Source: an uncultured Spirochaetia bacterium (GTDB taxonomy: Bacteria; Spirochaetota; UBA6919). Taken from it: a stretch of DNA of 34,942 bases. Under the pieces are notes generated by a model. It searched no databases and was not told where the DNA came from. It worked only from the letters and a program-made list of their open reading frames with translations. The DNA lies in contig CAJXGR010000002.1 in assembly GCA_913053665.1 (NCBI GenBank), positions 1-34,942 of the forward strand, read 5' to 3'. Position numbers and translations under genes: made by a program. Positions 1 through 8,506 of the stretch are shown piece by piece (position 1 is the first letter of the stretch; each line of letters begins with the position of its first letter).

Positions 1-690
1 ACCTTTGGGTGGAACAACAACTTCAGCCTTTATCCGATAAAGACTCTCCACAAAGCCTTCTGTCCTCTTTTCGCCCACAGATATTTGGCCATGAACCCGT
101 ATGGGTACGTCTGGAAAGTAACCACAAGGTTTATCCATGACAACGACCACCAATTGATTGATTTTAGGGGCTACTCCAAAACAGCAAGCCTGCTGATCCC
201 TGAGTAGGAAAAAGGCCTTGACCGTATTTTTCTCCGGATCCAGATCAATAGGGATCATAAAGCCCTCAAGGGTGACTTTTTTATTATCCAGACGCGTTAT
301 TTTCCTTGGGATCTTTTTGCCTTCCTTGTAAGGAAACCCGGCTAACAGACTAAATGAAATTGTTTGATACTTCTTGTATTTATTGGCTGTCTTCGGGAAT
401 ATATTGGCAGAGTAGGTTCCAAAAGATTTTGCTTTCGGCTGGGGCTTCCAGGCCGTCTTAGCATTATAGGCGGCCATGTCTTCCTGCTGATCCTTATAGA
501 GAGCCTGAGGGTCATCAGATGATGCGTCTTCTGGAGGGTTTCCCAAGCCTTCATTGACCACCTGTGACGGCTCATTGGATGGCTTGACCTTGGCAACGAC
601 CCAGGATGTTGTAAAATAGCCGACTACAATTAATAATACTCCGGCGAGTATTAAAGTGACTTTACTCACTTTTCCGTCTTGATTTTCCAT
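1..690 (-). CDS. DUF3299-like periplasmic/membrane-anchored protein (C-terminus runs off the window edge)
   Basis: The minus-strand frame is open from the ATG at 688-690 (AAGGA about 7 nt upstream) to position 1, exactly 230 codons. It is absent from the ORF track because it has no in-window stop. It has an N-terminal hydrophobic anchor (VTLILAGVLLIVVGYF). The C-terminal part (LDNKKVTLEGFMIPIDLD...FFLLRDQQACCFGVAPKINQLVVV) resembles the DUF3299 pattern. Confidence 0.6.
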   Translation of the reverse strand, partial: MENQDGKVSKVTLILAGVLLIVVGYFTTSWVVAKVKPSNEPSQVVNEGLGNPPEDASSDDPQALYKDQQEDMAAYNAKTAWKPQPKAKSFGTYSANIFPKTANKYKKYQTISFSLLAGFPYKEGKKIPRKITRLDNKKVTLEGFMIPIDLDPEKNTVKAFFLLRDQQACCFGVAPKINQLVVVVMDKPCGYFPDVPIRVHGQISVGEKRTEGFVESLYRIKAEVVVPPKG

Positions 691-774
691 GACTTATTCC
701 TTAAACTTCATATTCTTAAAAACTTCATTGTTTTAATTTGCCAATTTACGTGACAATTCTTGAAACCCATTGAT

Positions 775-789
775 TGTTAGATTATAACA
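775..789 (-). promoter_or_regulatory. Zur/Fur-family-like operator overlapping a TATAAT -10 element, upstream of the DUF3299-like gene
   Basis: The minus strand reads GTGTTATAATCTAACA. The arms TGTTA and TAACA are inverted repeats. The core GTTATA-A-TCTAAC is one mismatch from the proteobacterial Zur core GTTATA-N-TATAAC. A perfect TATAAT lies inside it. The site is 85-99 nt upstream of the ATG at 690. Confidence 0.35.
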
Positions 790-824
790 CTTCATCGTAT
801 GTTTTCATCGAACTAAAAAGTATT

Positions 825-1382
825 TTACTCTTCCTCTTCCAGAGGGTATTTAAAGCGAGTCGAGTTAAACTCTTTTCCTTTGATGACTATCCTGGGAATG
901 ATCCCATCAAACTCTTTGACCCCCTTAAGTTCATCAATCTGTGTTTCAAACTGAGAGGTATCTCCAAGGGTTTCACCGGTTAATTTATTGGCTACGGCCG
1001 ACAATTTGACAGCCTTGTTTTTACCTTTAATCGTTAGATGCATGGAGATCTCTTTATGCTTCAAACGAATGGACTTTTCAGCCTCCCCATCAGTGATCCA
1101 GAGGGTCAACTTGCCGCTTTTCCCATCCAATCGCATTTCCATGTGGGCAAAATGCTTTCCCAGGGCCGTCATAGAGGCCCCTTCAGCTTTATGGAGCGAG
1201 ACATGGTGATGACCATCTTTATGATGATCATCATGGCCGTCTTCATGGTGTCCATGCTCATCACCGTGGTCATGGGCGTTGTATTTGTTTTTTTCACAGC
1301 TAGATAAATAAAGAACTGTCACTAATCCCAGTGCTAAAGGGAAGATCAATCGAATGCTTTTCATTACTTGGATCATCATCAT
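825..1382 (-). CDS. Histidine-rich lipoprotein, putative periplasmic metal (Zn/Ni)-binding protein
   Basis: Signal peptide with lipobox LSSC, followed by HDHGDEHGHHEDGHDDHHKDGHHH. AGGAG lies immediately upstream of three tandem ATGs, and the third (1376) has the best spacing. The gene sits between the FtsX permease and the DUF3299-like gene. Confidence 0.7.
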   Translation of the reverse strand: MMMIQVMKSIRLIFPLALGLVTVLYLSSCEKNKYNAHDHGDEHGHHEDGHDDHHKDGHHHVSLHKAEGASMTALGKHFAHMEMRLDGKSGKLTLWITDGEAEKSIRLKHKEISMHLTIKGKNKAVKLSAVANKLTGETLGDTSQFETQIDELKGVKEFDGIIPRIVIKGKEFNSTRFKYPLEEEE

Positions 1383-1392
1383 CTCCTGAATG

Positions 1393-2661
1393 TTAAGTTG
1401 TAGGTGATAAATGGCTGGCTACATCAGTAGAATAGGCTTTTACAGCAGGTATCACCCCGGCAATTGCCCCAATCAGCATACTCCCTATAGGTGTCAGGAT
1501 CAGAGAGAGATGGTAGGTGAAATCCATAACAACTCCTGTCTCTGAGCGGATCAAAAGAGCGGCAACACTGAAAATACCAATGTAGACCAGGAATCCAAAG
1601 AGAGCGCCTATCCCGGCAATGCTGGCCGATTCTAATATTATGGCTGAAAAAACGGTGGACTTTCTGGCTCCTAAAGCCCGGAATATGGCAAAATTACGCT
1701 TTCTTTCATTGATAGAATTGTAGATAGACGCTACAATGGACGCCGCGGCCACAAGGATCACGAGATAAGCTATATACTTCAATATCTTTATGATCCAGCC
1801 CATCTTCCCCATGAAGCTGGATATAGTTCTTACTATAGGAGCGAAAGTCGCCACTTTCCCCCCATTGATTTGGCGGTCCAAGTTCAAGAGCCATATCTTT
1901 GACTTGAGTTTGAGCATAACGGCACTGACTTCCTTGTACTCATCGGGGATTTCCTTGCCCTCCTCGGCGGCATAGGGCTTGCTTCCCTTTTTCCCCCGCA
2001 AGACATGGCCTCCCATCCTGTAGAAGGACTCAATAGGTATCCAGATCACTCTATCAGAAGGAGTATTACTTGGTTTAAGGACTCCAACTATTTCATAGAC
2101 TTCCTGGTGCTGACTATTTTTATTAAAAGCGAGACCATGAAAAGGGCTAATCCTGGATCCCACTTTGAGACCCGTTTTTTGGGCCACAAAACTCCCTACA
2201 ACAGCCTCACGAACGTCTGCTTTAAATCGCCGACCTGCTTTTAGTTTAAGACTTATAAATATATCTTTTGTTGTTCCAACCAGACGATAGCCAAAATAAT
2301 TATCCCCAACAGCGTAAGGAACTGCCAACTTGATTCTTTTATCCTTCTTGATAGCCTGATATAGGGACCAGGGGATATTCCCGGGAGACGTCTCCAGATG
2401 AAAGACTGAGTTCAGAACAAGCTGCAATTGGCTTCCTTTGGCACCCAGGACGGCGTCAAAGTCCACCGACCCTCCTCTGAAGGCTGTTTTCGCTTGCTCG
2501 TTAATGACAAACACGGACATCACCAATCCGCAGGCTAAGGCAATGGATATGGCAGTAATAATCGTTGAGACGACGTGCTGACGAAGGCTTTTACAGACTA
2601 TCGTGAAAAGTCCCAGGATACCGCTAATAATCATAATATTTCTCCCTGTCTCATGCGGCAA
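1393..2661 (-). CDS. ABC transporter permease, FtsX/MacB-type (4 TM plus a large periplasmic domain)
   Basis: TM1 is followed by a roughly 230-aa extracytoplasmic region and three C-terminal TM helices (FAIFRALGARKSTVFSAIILESASI...). The start overlaps the ATPase stop. An alternative start at 2634 (MIISGILG) is possible. Confidence 0.85.
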   Translation of the reverse strand: MPHETGRNIMIISGILGLFTIVCKSLRQHVVSTIITAISIALACGLVMSVFVINEQAKTAFRGGSVDFDAVLGAKGSQLQLVLNSVFHLETSPGNIPWSLYQAIKKDKRIKLAVPYAVGDNYFGYRLVGTTKDIFISLKLKAGRRFKADVREAVVGSFVAQKTGLKVGSRISPFHGLAFNKNSQHQEVYEIVGVLKPSNTPSDRVIWIPIESFYRMGGHVLRGKKGSKPYAAEEGKEIPDEYKEVSAVMLKLKSKIWLLNLDRQINGGKVATFAPIVRTISSFMGKMGWIIKILKYIAYLVILVAAASIVASIYNSINERKRNFAIFRALGARKSTVFSAIILESASIAGIGALFGFLVYIGIFSVAALLIRSETGVVMDFTYHLSLILTPIGSMLIGAIAGVIPAVKAYSTDVASHLSPTT

Positions 2662-3337
2662 CCTGATTGATTTTACTGAGTTCTTTCACATTCTTGAACT
2701 GAGCCAATATATCCCGGTCATGACTCACCAGAATTAAGGCTGAATTGGCTTCCTGACAGATTTCTCTAATCAAGGCGAGAGACTCTTTAGCGCGACGGAA
2801 ATCCAGATTACCGGTGGGTTCATCGGCCAACACGAGTTTAGGGGCTTTGGCCAAGGCCCTGGCCACGGCGACTCGCTGCTGTTGCCCTACAGAAAGTTGA
2901 TTGGGTTTATAATTCATTCGATCCTTTAGACCCACACGGTCAAGGAGCTTTTTGGCCTTTGAACTATCGTATTGGTGACTGAATCTGAGTCCCATGACAA
3001 CATTCTCAAGGGCTGTGTAGCCCTGCAGAAGGTTAAAAGTCTGAAATATATAACCCACGTGATCCGCTCTGATCTGATCTCTCCTGGACTCGCTGCAATC
3101 CGTTAAATCACTGCCTGATAGCTTGATCGTACCTGTGTCACCTTTAAGAATCCCTGCAATAAGGTTCAGGAAAGTGGTTTTACCCGATCCGCTGGCTCCA
3201 TGTAAGGCTAACTGCTCCCCTTTGTTTAGCGTAAAAGAGGGTATATCAATAATATCCAGGATCTCACCATCGGGGGATTTATAGGCCTTTTTGAGGTTTG
3301 TGATTTCCAATAATGTCATTATATTCCTTATATCCAT
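2651..3337 (-). CDS. ABC transporter ATP-binding protein (LolD/MacB-like)
   Basis: Walker A GASGSGKTT, signature LSVGQQQRVAVARAL, Walker B LVLADEPTGNLD, H-loop VSHD. The likely start is the ATG at 3319 (MTLLEI...), which has an AAGGA RBS. Confidence 0.9.
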   Translation of the reverse strand: MDIRNIMTLLEITNLKKAYKSPDGEILDIIDIPSFTLNKGEQLALHGASGSGKTTFLNLIAGILKGDTGTIKLSGSDLTDCSESRRDQIRADHVGYIFQTFNLLQGYTALENVVMGLRFSHQYDSSKAKKLLDRVGLKDRMNYKPNQLSVGQQQRVAVARALAKAPKLVLADEPTGNLDFRRAKESLALIREICQEANSALILVSHDRDILAQFKNVKELSKINQVAA

Positions 3338-3523
3338 GTTCTAAAATAAGAATTGCTAATCTAACCTGGCGAAAAATAATATGGAAGCCATCAAAAGTCA
3401 AGTTGAGAATAGCCCTGGGAGCTTCCAACGGTCGTACAAGCCATTATTTTTTATTTAATGACCAAAATAAACTTCATTTTACTATATTATTATAAGACCT
3501 ACCAAGAACATAAGGACAATAGA

Positions 3524-4312
3524 ATGAAGTATAAAATATCTCTACTGATAATACTTGTCTCACTCATGGGATCAGCTCACGCCAAGAAAAAAATACTCGA
3601 TACAAAAAAGTTAAAAAGGGCGAAAATCTACAGAAGCCTGAAAGTTGCCCTCCAAAGGCCTCGTAAGGTTTACAAGCTTTATTTATATGGTCAGGACTTG
3701 AAAAGCCTATCTCCCGAGATCAAGAACCTCAAACGATTACAGATGCTTGACTTAACAGAAAACCGTCTCACAACACTCCCCAAGGAAGTAGCTAAACTCA
3801 AACGATTGCAGTGGTTAAACTTAACTGAAAATAAACTCACCGTTTTACCCAAACAGATCGGCAAACTCAAGAGATTAGAGTGGCTTGGCTTGTCAGAAAA
3901 CCGATTGACCACAGTACCCAAAGGAATCGGTAAACTCAAGAAATTAGAGAGTCTTAATCTCTCAGAAAATCGTATCACCCATCTCCCAAAAAAGATTGGG
4001 AAGCTTAAGAAGCTACTATGGCTTTCTTTATGGGATAATCAACTCACCCGTTTGCCCAAGAAGATTGGGAAGCTTAAAGGCCTAAACTGGCTGCATTTAG
4101 ATAAAAACGAGCTCACTAGAATCCCCAAAACGATAGGGAATCTTAAGAACTTAAAGCACCTTGGACTCTCTGAAAATCGGCTCACCAAGCTCCCCAAGGA
4201 GATCGGAAATCTTCAAAGCTTAAAGACCCTTAATTTATGGGGCAATAATTTCAGTGAAAAGGAAATGAAAAAGATCAGAAAGCTTTTGCCAAAGTGTGAT
4301 ATTAATTTTTAA
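3524..4312 (+). CDS. Secreted leucine-rich repeat (LRR) protein
   Basis: Start at the ATG at 3524 (AAGGA upstream). Signal peptide MKYKISLLIILVSLMGSAHA. About nine 23-residue repeats of the form LxxLPKxIGKLKxLxxLxLxxNxLT. Confidence 0.85.
   Translation: MKYKISLLIILVSLMGSAHAKKKILDTKKLKRAKIYRSLKVALQRPRKVYKLYLYGQDLKSLSPEIKNLKRLQMLDLTENRLTTLPKEVAKLKRLQWLNLTENKLTVLPKQIGKLKRLEWLGLSENRLTTVPKGIGKLKKLESLNLSENRITHLPKKIGKLKKLLWLSLWDNQLTRLPKKIGKLKGLNWLHLDKNELTRIPKTIGNLKNLKHLGLSENRLTKLPKEIGNLQSLKTLNLWGNNFSEKEMKKIRKLLPKCDINF
3674..4255 (+). repeat. 69-nt coding periodicity (LRR units) inside the LRR gene
   Basis: The string aaactcaa(g/a)(a/c)gattaga...ctc/tta...gaaaa(c/t)cg recurs every 69 nt, matching the 23-aa LRR units. 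Confidence 0.8.
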
Positions 4313-4351
4313 GTAAAAAGCGTTTGTTACAGACATTTCAGGATAACAATT

Positions 4352-4630
4352 ATGGACAAGACTGATATTTTGAACTTTTTAGCACAACACAAAATAGAAC
4401 TGAAGAACAAATACCATGTTTCAAAAGTCGGATTATTCGGCTCCTACGCAAAAGGAACTCAAAAGAGGAATAGTGACATTGATATCATTATAAACGGCGA
4501 AAAAATCAATGATGAAGAGCTTAAGTTATATCTGGAAAAGGGATTAAACAGAAAAGTTGATATTGTAAAAAAATCAAGTCTCTACCATTTTATGAAATAC
4601 ATAATCGATAAAGAGGCAATGTATGTCTGA
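4352..4630 (+). CDS. Nucleotidyltransferase-domain protein (MNT-type antitoxin of HEPN/MNT modules)
   Basis: GLFGSYAKGTQKRNSDIDI matches the GSxxxGxxxxxSDxD minimal nucleotidyltransferase motif. Size is 92 aa. Confidence 0.8.
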   Translation: MDKTDILNFLAQHKIELKNKYHVSKVGLFGSYAKGTQKRNSDIDIIINGEKINDEELKLYLEKGLNRKVDIVKKSSLYHFMKYIIDKEAMYV

Positions 4631-4709
4631 TAGGGACATCGGCTATCTTTTTGCCATCCTCAAGATGTGTGATGATATTAAATGTGATCCGATTGAAACG
4701 TCTATTTGA
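4623..4709 (+). pseudogene. Truncated HEPN (DUF86-like) toxin remnant, 28 codons
   Basis: ATGTCTGA start/stop overlap with the MNT gene. MSDRDIGYLFAILKMCDDI resembles the DUF86 N-terminus (RD..YL.DIL.....I). A stop follows after 28 codons, well before where an Rx4H motif would lie. Confidence 0.4.
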
Positions 4710-4803
4710 CCTAATGCTATTAAAGAAAGGTTTGTCAAAAAAACTCTTTGCTTTCTTTCAGACAATTACTTAGCTTATTACAACAAATGGAGGTGAAATC
4801 TTC

Positions 4804-5154
4804 ATGCAGAAATTAGAACTCAAAGTATTCAATCATAAAATCAAACTACCCAACGATTTAGAGATCATGGATGGCGAAAAGGTCATTGTCTGGATTGCTG
4901 AAAGCGAAGATGACTTTTCCGAGGAGCTGAAGGCCTGGGAATCCTTAGGATTTGAGAACCTGTCTGAGACCTTACCTCTCCCTTTCAATTCATCCCAGAA
5001 AAGTGAATTGATTTTAATGGATAGAATGATTACCTTAAAGATTCATTTTTACCCTTTTAGACGTCAAAAATGGGTACGTCAGGTGACTCAAGGGGGAGTA
5101 TCTTACAAGTTAACATCTCCAAAAGTAAATGATCCTGACAAGGCTGAATTCTGA
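4804..5154 (+). CDS. Hypothetical protein with an antitoxin-like (DUF104/AbrB-like) N-terminus
   Basis: Strong GGAGGTG RBS. KVFNHKIKLPNDLEIMDGEKVIVWI resembles small beta-strand antitoxin domains. The C-terminal half is unrecognised. Confidence 0.45.
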   Translation: MQKLELKVFNHKIKLPNDLEIMDGEKVIVWIAESEDDFSEELKAWESLGFENLSETLPLPFNSSQKSELILMDRMITLKIHFYPFRRQKWVRQVTQGGVSYKLTSPKVNDPDKAEF

Positions 5155-5186
5155 ATATCAAGTATTAATAATAGACTGAGAGAGAA

Positions 5187-6251
5187 ATGAAGATATTAAT
5201 CACTGGTGGAGCCGGCTTTGTGGGGGCTTATCTTTGCAGGCTCTATAAAAGTAAATATCCCAATGGAAAGGTCGTGGCCTTCGATAACCTCCACCGAAGA
5301 GGGTCTGAGCTGAACATCCAAGAGTTTAGTAGGCTTGGCATTGACTTTGTTCATGGCGATATCCGTATCTATGAGGATCTATCTGTCCTGGAAGATCACT
5401 TTGATCTCTTTATCGAGGCTTCTGCTGAACCATCCGTATTAATGGGGTTAAACAAGCCCAATTTATACGCCCTACAAACCAATTTACAGGGTACCGTCAA
5501 CTGTTTGAACTTTGCCCTTCACCATGCGGACTGTTTTAACTTTTTATCCACCTCCCGTGTCTACTCCATTGATCCCCTAAAAAAAATCCCCCTAAAAGAG
5601 GGTGACACAAGGTTTTATATTGATGAATCTGGAGGATCGCTCTCTGGCTTATCTGAAAAGGGAATCAATGAAGACTTCCCCGTGAATACAGCCCGATCCA
5701 TTTATGGGGCCACCAAATTAGCCTCTGAGCTTCTTATTCAAGAATATGTCGATACTTATAACCTTAAAGCCATCATCAATCGCTGTGGGGTTTTATGCGG
5801 TGCGGGGCAGTTTGGCAAGGTGGAACAGGGTGTTTTCACTCTCTGGGTGGCTCGTCATTATCTTGAAAAGCCCTTAAAATACACAGGTTTCGGCGGTAAA
5901 GGCAAACAAGTGAGAGACTTACTCCACCCAAAAGACCTGTTTGAAGCCATCGAAATCCAGAGAGACCAGGTGAATCGCTGTTCTGGAGAGATTTACAATA
6001 TCGGGGGTGGGACAGATATCTCAGTGAGCCTGTTGGAATTAACGAAGCTATGTCAGGAAATAACAGGCAATAGCATTGAAATACAAGAAATCCCTGAAAC
6101 CACGGCAGTCGATATCCCCCTATACATCACCGATTACGGGAAAGCCCATCAAGGCTTTGGCTGGAAGCCTAATTTGGGCGTTCAAGATATAGTCTCCGAC
6201 ATTTATGAGTGGCTGACAAAGAACCATAGGACATTACAACAGATATTTTAG
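5187..6251 (+). CDS. NAD-dependent epimerase/dehydratase (extended SDR, CDP-paratose 2-epimerase-like)
   Basis: GGAGFVG Rossmann motif, STSRVY, YGATK catalytic Yxxx[16 protein letters not shown]. Confidence 0.85.
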   Translation: MKILITGGAGFVGAYLCRLYKSKYPNGKVVAFDNLHRRGSELNIQEFSRLGIDFVHGDIRIYEDLSVLEDHFDLFIEASAEPSVLMGLNKPNLYALQTNLQGTVNCLNFALHHADCFNFLSTSRVYSIDPLKKIPLKEGDTRFYIDESGGSLSGLSEKGINEDFPVNTARSIYGATKLASELLIQEYVDTYNLKAIINRCGVLCGAGQFGKVEQGVFTLWVARHYLEKPLKYTGFGGKGKQVRDLLHPKDLFEAIEIQRDQVNRCSGEIYNIGGGTDISVSLLELTKLCQEITGNSIEIQEIPETTAVDIPLYITDYGKAHQGFGWKPNLGVQDIVSDIYEWLTKNHRTLQQIF

Positions 6252-6259
6252 AGGTCATT

Positions 6260-7327
6260 ATGAGTATTGCTATTATCACAGGGTCCGCAGGACTTATTGG
6301 AAGCGAATCCGTCCAGTACTTTCATGAGAAAGGCTTTGAGGTATGGGGTATTGACAACAATATGAGGAAGTATTTCTTTGGAGAAGACGGTTCCACGGAC
6401 TGGAAAAAGAAAGAACTCTCTCAACTTAAGAATTACAAACATTTTAGTATAGACATACGCGACACTGACGAGGTGAATCGCTTATTCAAAAAGGCAAAAA
6501 GCAATGTCAAACTTGTGATCCACTGTGCCGCACAACCCAGTCATGATTGGGCCGCTAAAGAACCCATCACGGATTTCACGATCAATGCCAACGGAACTTT
6601 GAACCTCTTGGAAGGGATGAGACAGGAATCTCCCGAATCAGTATTTATATTCACCAGTACCAATAAGGTATACGGGGATCTCCCCAATAGCCTGCCTCTC
6701 ATTGAGAAGGAGAGTCGTTGGGAGCTTGATCCCTCTCATCCCTTTGCAGAGCATGGAATTGACGAGACCATGTCCATCGACAACTCGAAGCATAGTGTAT
6801 TTGGAGCGTCCAAAGTGGCGGCTGATATCATGGTTCAGGAGTATGGTAAATACTTTAACCTCAAAACAGCCGTCTTCCGGGGAGGATGTCTAACCGGCCC
6901 AGCTCATAGTGGAGCAGAGCTTCACGGGTTTTTAGCCTATGTTGCAAAATGTGGAGTTTCAGGGCGAAAGTACACAATCTTTGGCTACAAGGGGAAGCAG
7001 GTGAGAGACAACATACACGCCCATGATCTAGTCGAGGCTTTCTGGCATTTTTATGAGAACCCACGTATGGGAGAGGCCTACAACATGGGTGGCTCCAGAC
7101 ACAGCAACTGTTCTGTCCTGGAGGCCATCCAGATGGTTCAAGACCTGACGGGTAAAGAGTATCACTACGAACTCTCTGATAAATCACGGATTGGAGACCA
7201 TATTTGGTGGATCAGTGATATTCGAAAGTTCAAAAGTCATTATCCAGATTGGTCTTATCGCTATGATATGCAGAGAATTATCGATGAGATTGTTGAGGCC
7301 ACAAAGGATAGAGTGAAAAGTCCATGA
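6260..7327 (+). CDS. NAD-dependent epimerase/dehydratase (extended SDR, CDP-paratose 2-epimerase-like)
   Basis: [41 protein letters not shown]. This is a paralogous family to the preceding gene. Confidence 0.85.
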   Translation: MSIAIITGSAGLIGSESVQYFHEKGFEVWGIDNNMRKYFFGEDGSTDWKKKELSQLKNYKHFSIDIRDTDEVNRLFKKAKSNVKLVIHCAAQPSHDWAAKEPITDFTINANGTLNLLEGMRQESPESVFIFTSTNKVYGDLPNSLPLIEKESRWELDPSHPFAEHGIDETMSIDNSKHSVFGASKVAADIMVQEYGKYFNLKTAVFRGGCLTGPAHSGAELHGFLAYVAKCGVSGRKYTIFGYKGKQVRDNIHAHDLVEAFWHFYENPRMGEAYNMGGSRHSNCSVLEAIQMVQDLTGKEYHYELSDKSRIGDHIWWISDIRKFKSHYPDWSYRYDMQRIIDEIVEATKDRVKSP

Positions 7328-8064
7328 AATTATCCTGTATCCTGCCGGCCCACAATGAAGAGGGTTGTATCGAATCAACTGTGAGACAGCTATCCAATGT
7401 TTTAAAGGAAGCTCAAATCGACCACGAGATCCGGGTGATCAATGACAATTCGACGGACCAGACGGGAATCCTGTTAAAAGAACTCTCTAGGGAAATTAAA
7501 GAGTTAGTCGTGATAGATAATGATCCCCCCAATGGCTTTGGATTTGCCGTCCGTAAGGGCCTGGAAAGCTTTGTGGGAGATGTGGTTTGCATAAATATGG
7601 CGGATGCCTCGGACAGCCCGGAGGATGTGGTCGCTTTTTATAATGAAATCAAGGTCAGCCAAAAGGATTGTGTCTTTGGAACCAGGTGGTCCAAGGGTGG
7701 AAAGGTGATTGACTATCCTTTTATCAAAAAACATGTGAATCGTTTAGCCAATCATTTCATCCGATTGCTGTTCAGAATTAAGTATAACGACATTACCAAT
7801 GCATTCAAGATGTATCGTGCCCATGTGATCCCTGGACTACAACCATTTCTAAGCCCTCATTTTAACCTGACGGTTGAACTACCCCTTAAAGCCATTGTGA
7901 GGGGCTACACCTATTCTGTTCTACCCAACTCCTGGACCAATAGAACATCGGGAGAGTCCAAACTGAAGATCAAGGAAATGGGTAGCCGATATTTATTTAT
8001 CGTCTTTTATTGCCTCATAGAGAAGTGGTTTTCTATGGGGGATTATAAAAAAAGCAGCCGTTAA
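7324..8064 (+). CDS. Family 2 glycosyltransferase (polyprenyl-phosphate sugar synthase-like, ArnC/DPM1-like)
   Basis: ATGA overlap with the upstream [14 protein letters not shown]...[10 protein letters not shown]...MADASD motifs and a single C-terminal hydrophobic helix. Confidence 0.85.
   Translation: MKLSCILPAHNEEGCIESTVRQLSNVLKEAQIDHEIRVINDNSTDQTGILLKELSREIKELVVIDNDPPNGFGFAVRKGLESFVGDVVCINMADASDSPEDVVAFYNEIKVSQKDCVFGTRWSKGGKVIDYPFIKKHVNRLANHFIRLLFRIKYNDITNAFKMYRAHVIPGLQPFLSPHFNLTVELPLKAIVRGYTYSVLPNSWTNRTSGESKLKIKEMGSRYLFIVFYCLIEKWFSMGDYKKSSR
8014..8054 (+). repeat. Left copy of the duplicated GT2 3' end (41 nt)
   Basis: ctcatagagaagtggttttctatgggggattataaaaaaag matches 9002-9042 at 38 of 41 positions. 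Confidence 0.9.
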
Positions 8065-8119
8065 AATAGCCTTCCGTACAGATTAAGAATTACTTTTTAG
8101 TAGACTATATATAATTGAT

Positions 8120-8506
8120 TTATGCATTCATTAAGCTAGGTTCTAACTGATGGATTTGTTTTAGACAATCATCGATGGCTTGTTTTAGGGTTTCTTTATC
8201 AGTCAAATAATTAATATCCTCTAATTCCATTCCCTGGACAACGATATCTCTTAATTTTGTGTTTAATGCATGTTTGTCACAAAGTTCAAGGGTGCTCATA
8301 TTGAATATAAGTTGTTCAGCCTCTTGGATAGTCCTTTTTTTCTCCTTGATTTCGACCAGGATTGTTTCTGTCATTGTCGCTATAATCCTTTCCATTTCCT
8401 TTTTGTTGAGGAGAGAGAGAAACTGGCTTATGGGATACTTATCTTTTAATTTCAACATTAAAAACTTTTCCTGATCCATGTTCAAAGTAGTGGATTTCGG
8501 TTCCAT
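8120..8506 (-). CDS. Hypothetical protein (cassette gene 2; immunity/antitoxin-like is speculative)
   Basis: The ORF is open to a TTG at 8515. ATG candidates lie at 8506, 8479 and 8458, and only 8458 has an AGGAAA-type RBS. The protein is predicted helical and acidic. No family was recognised. Confidence 0.5.
   Translation of the reverse strand: MEPKSTTLNMDQEKFLMLKLKDKYPISQFLSLLNKKEMERIIATMTETILVEIKEKKRTIQEAEQLIFNMSTLELCDKHALNTKLRDIVVQGMELEDINYLTDKETLKQAIDDCLKQIHQLEPSLMNA

Noticed and set aside
342-596. ORF-track 84-aa minus-strand ORF
   Set aside because: It lies out of frame inside the longer, edge-truncated minus-strand CDS (1-690), which has a recognisable DUF3299-like sequence and an RBS. 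Its own translation is Arg/Ser/Pro-rich nonsense typical of a shadow frame.
988-1307. Plus-strand ORFs (73 and 89 aa) antisense to the His-rich lipoprotein gene
   Set aside because: They arise from the reverse complement of the repetitive CAT/GAT-rich His/Asp-coding tract. They have no RBS and no motifs.
3357-3365. Second Zur-like site upstream of the ABC ATPase gene (shares the 9-mer TAATCTAAC with the 775-789 site)
   Set aside because: There is no dyad symmetry around it, and a single shared 9-mer in 35 kb of AT-rich DNA is within chance expectation.
3674-4255. Regular 69-nt periodic repeats considered as a CRISPR-like or noncoding tandem array
   Set aside because: The periodicity is in frame and encodes canonical 23-residue LRR units within a single ORF that has a signal peptide. 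There is no spacer/repeat alternation. The antisense ORF 3691-3978 is a by-product of the repeats.
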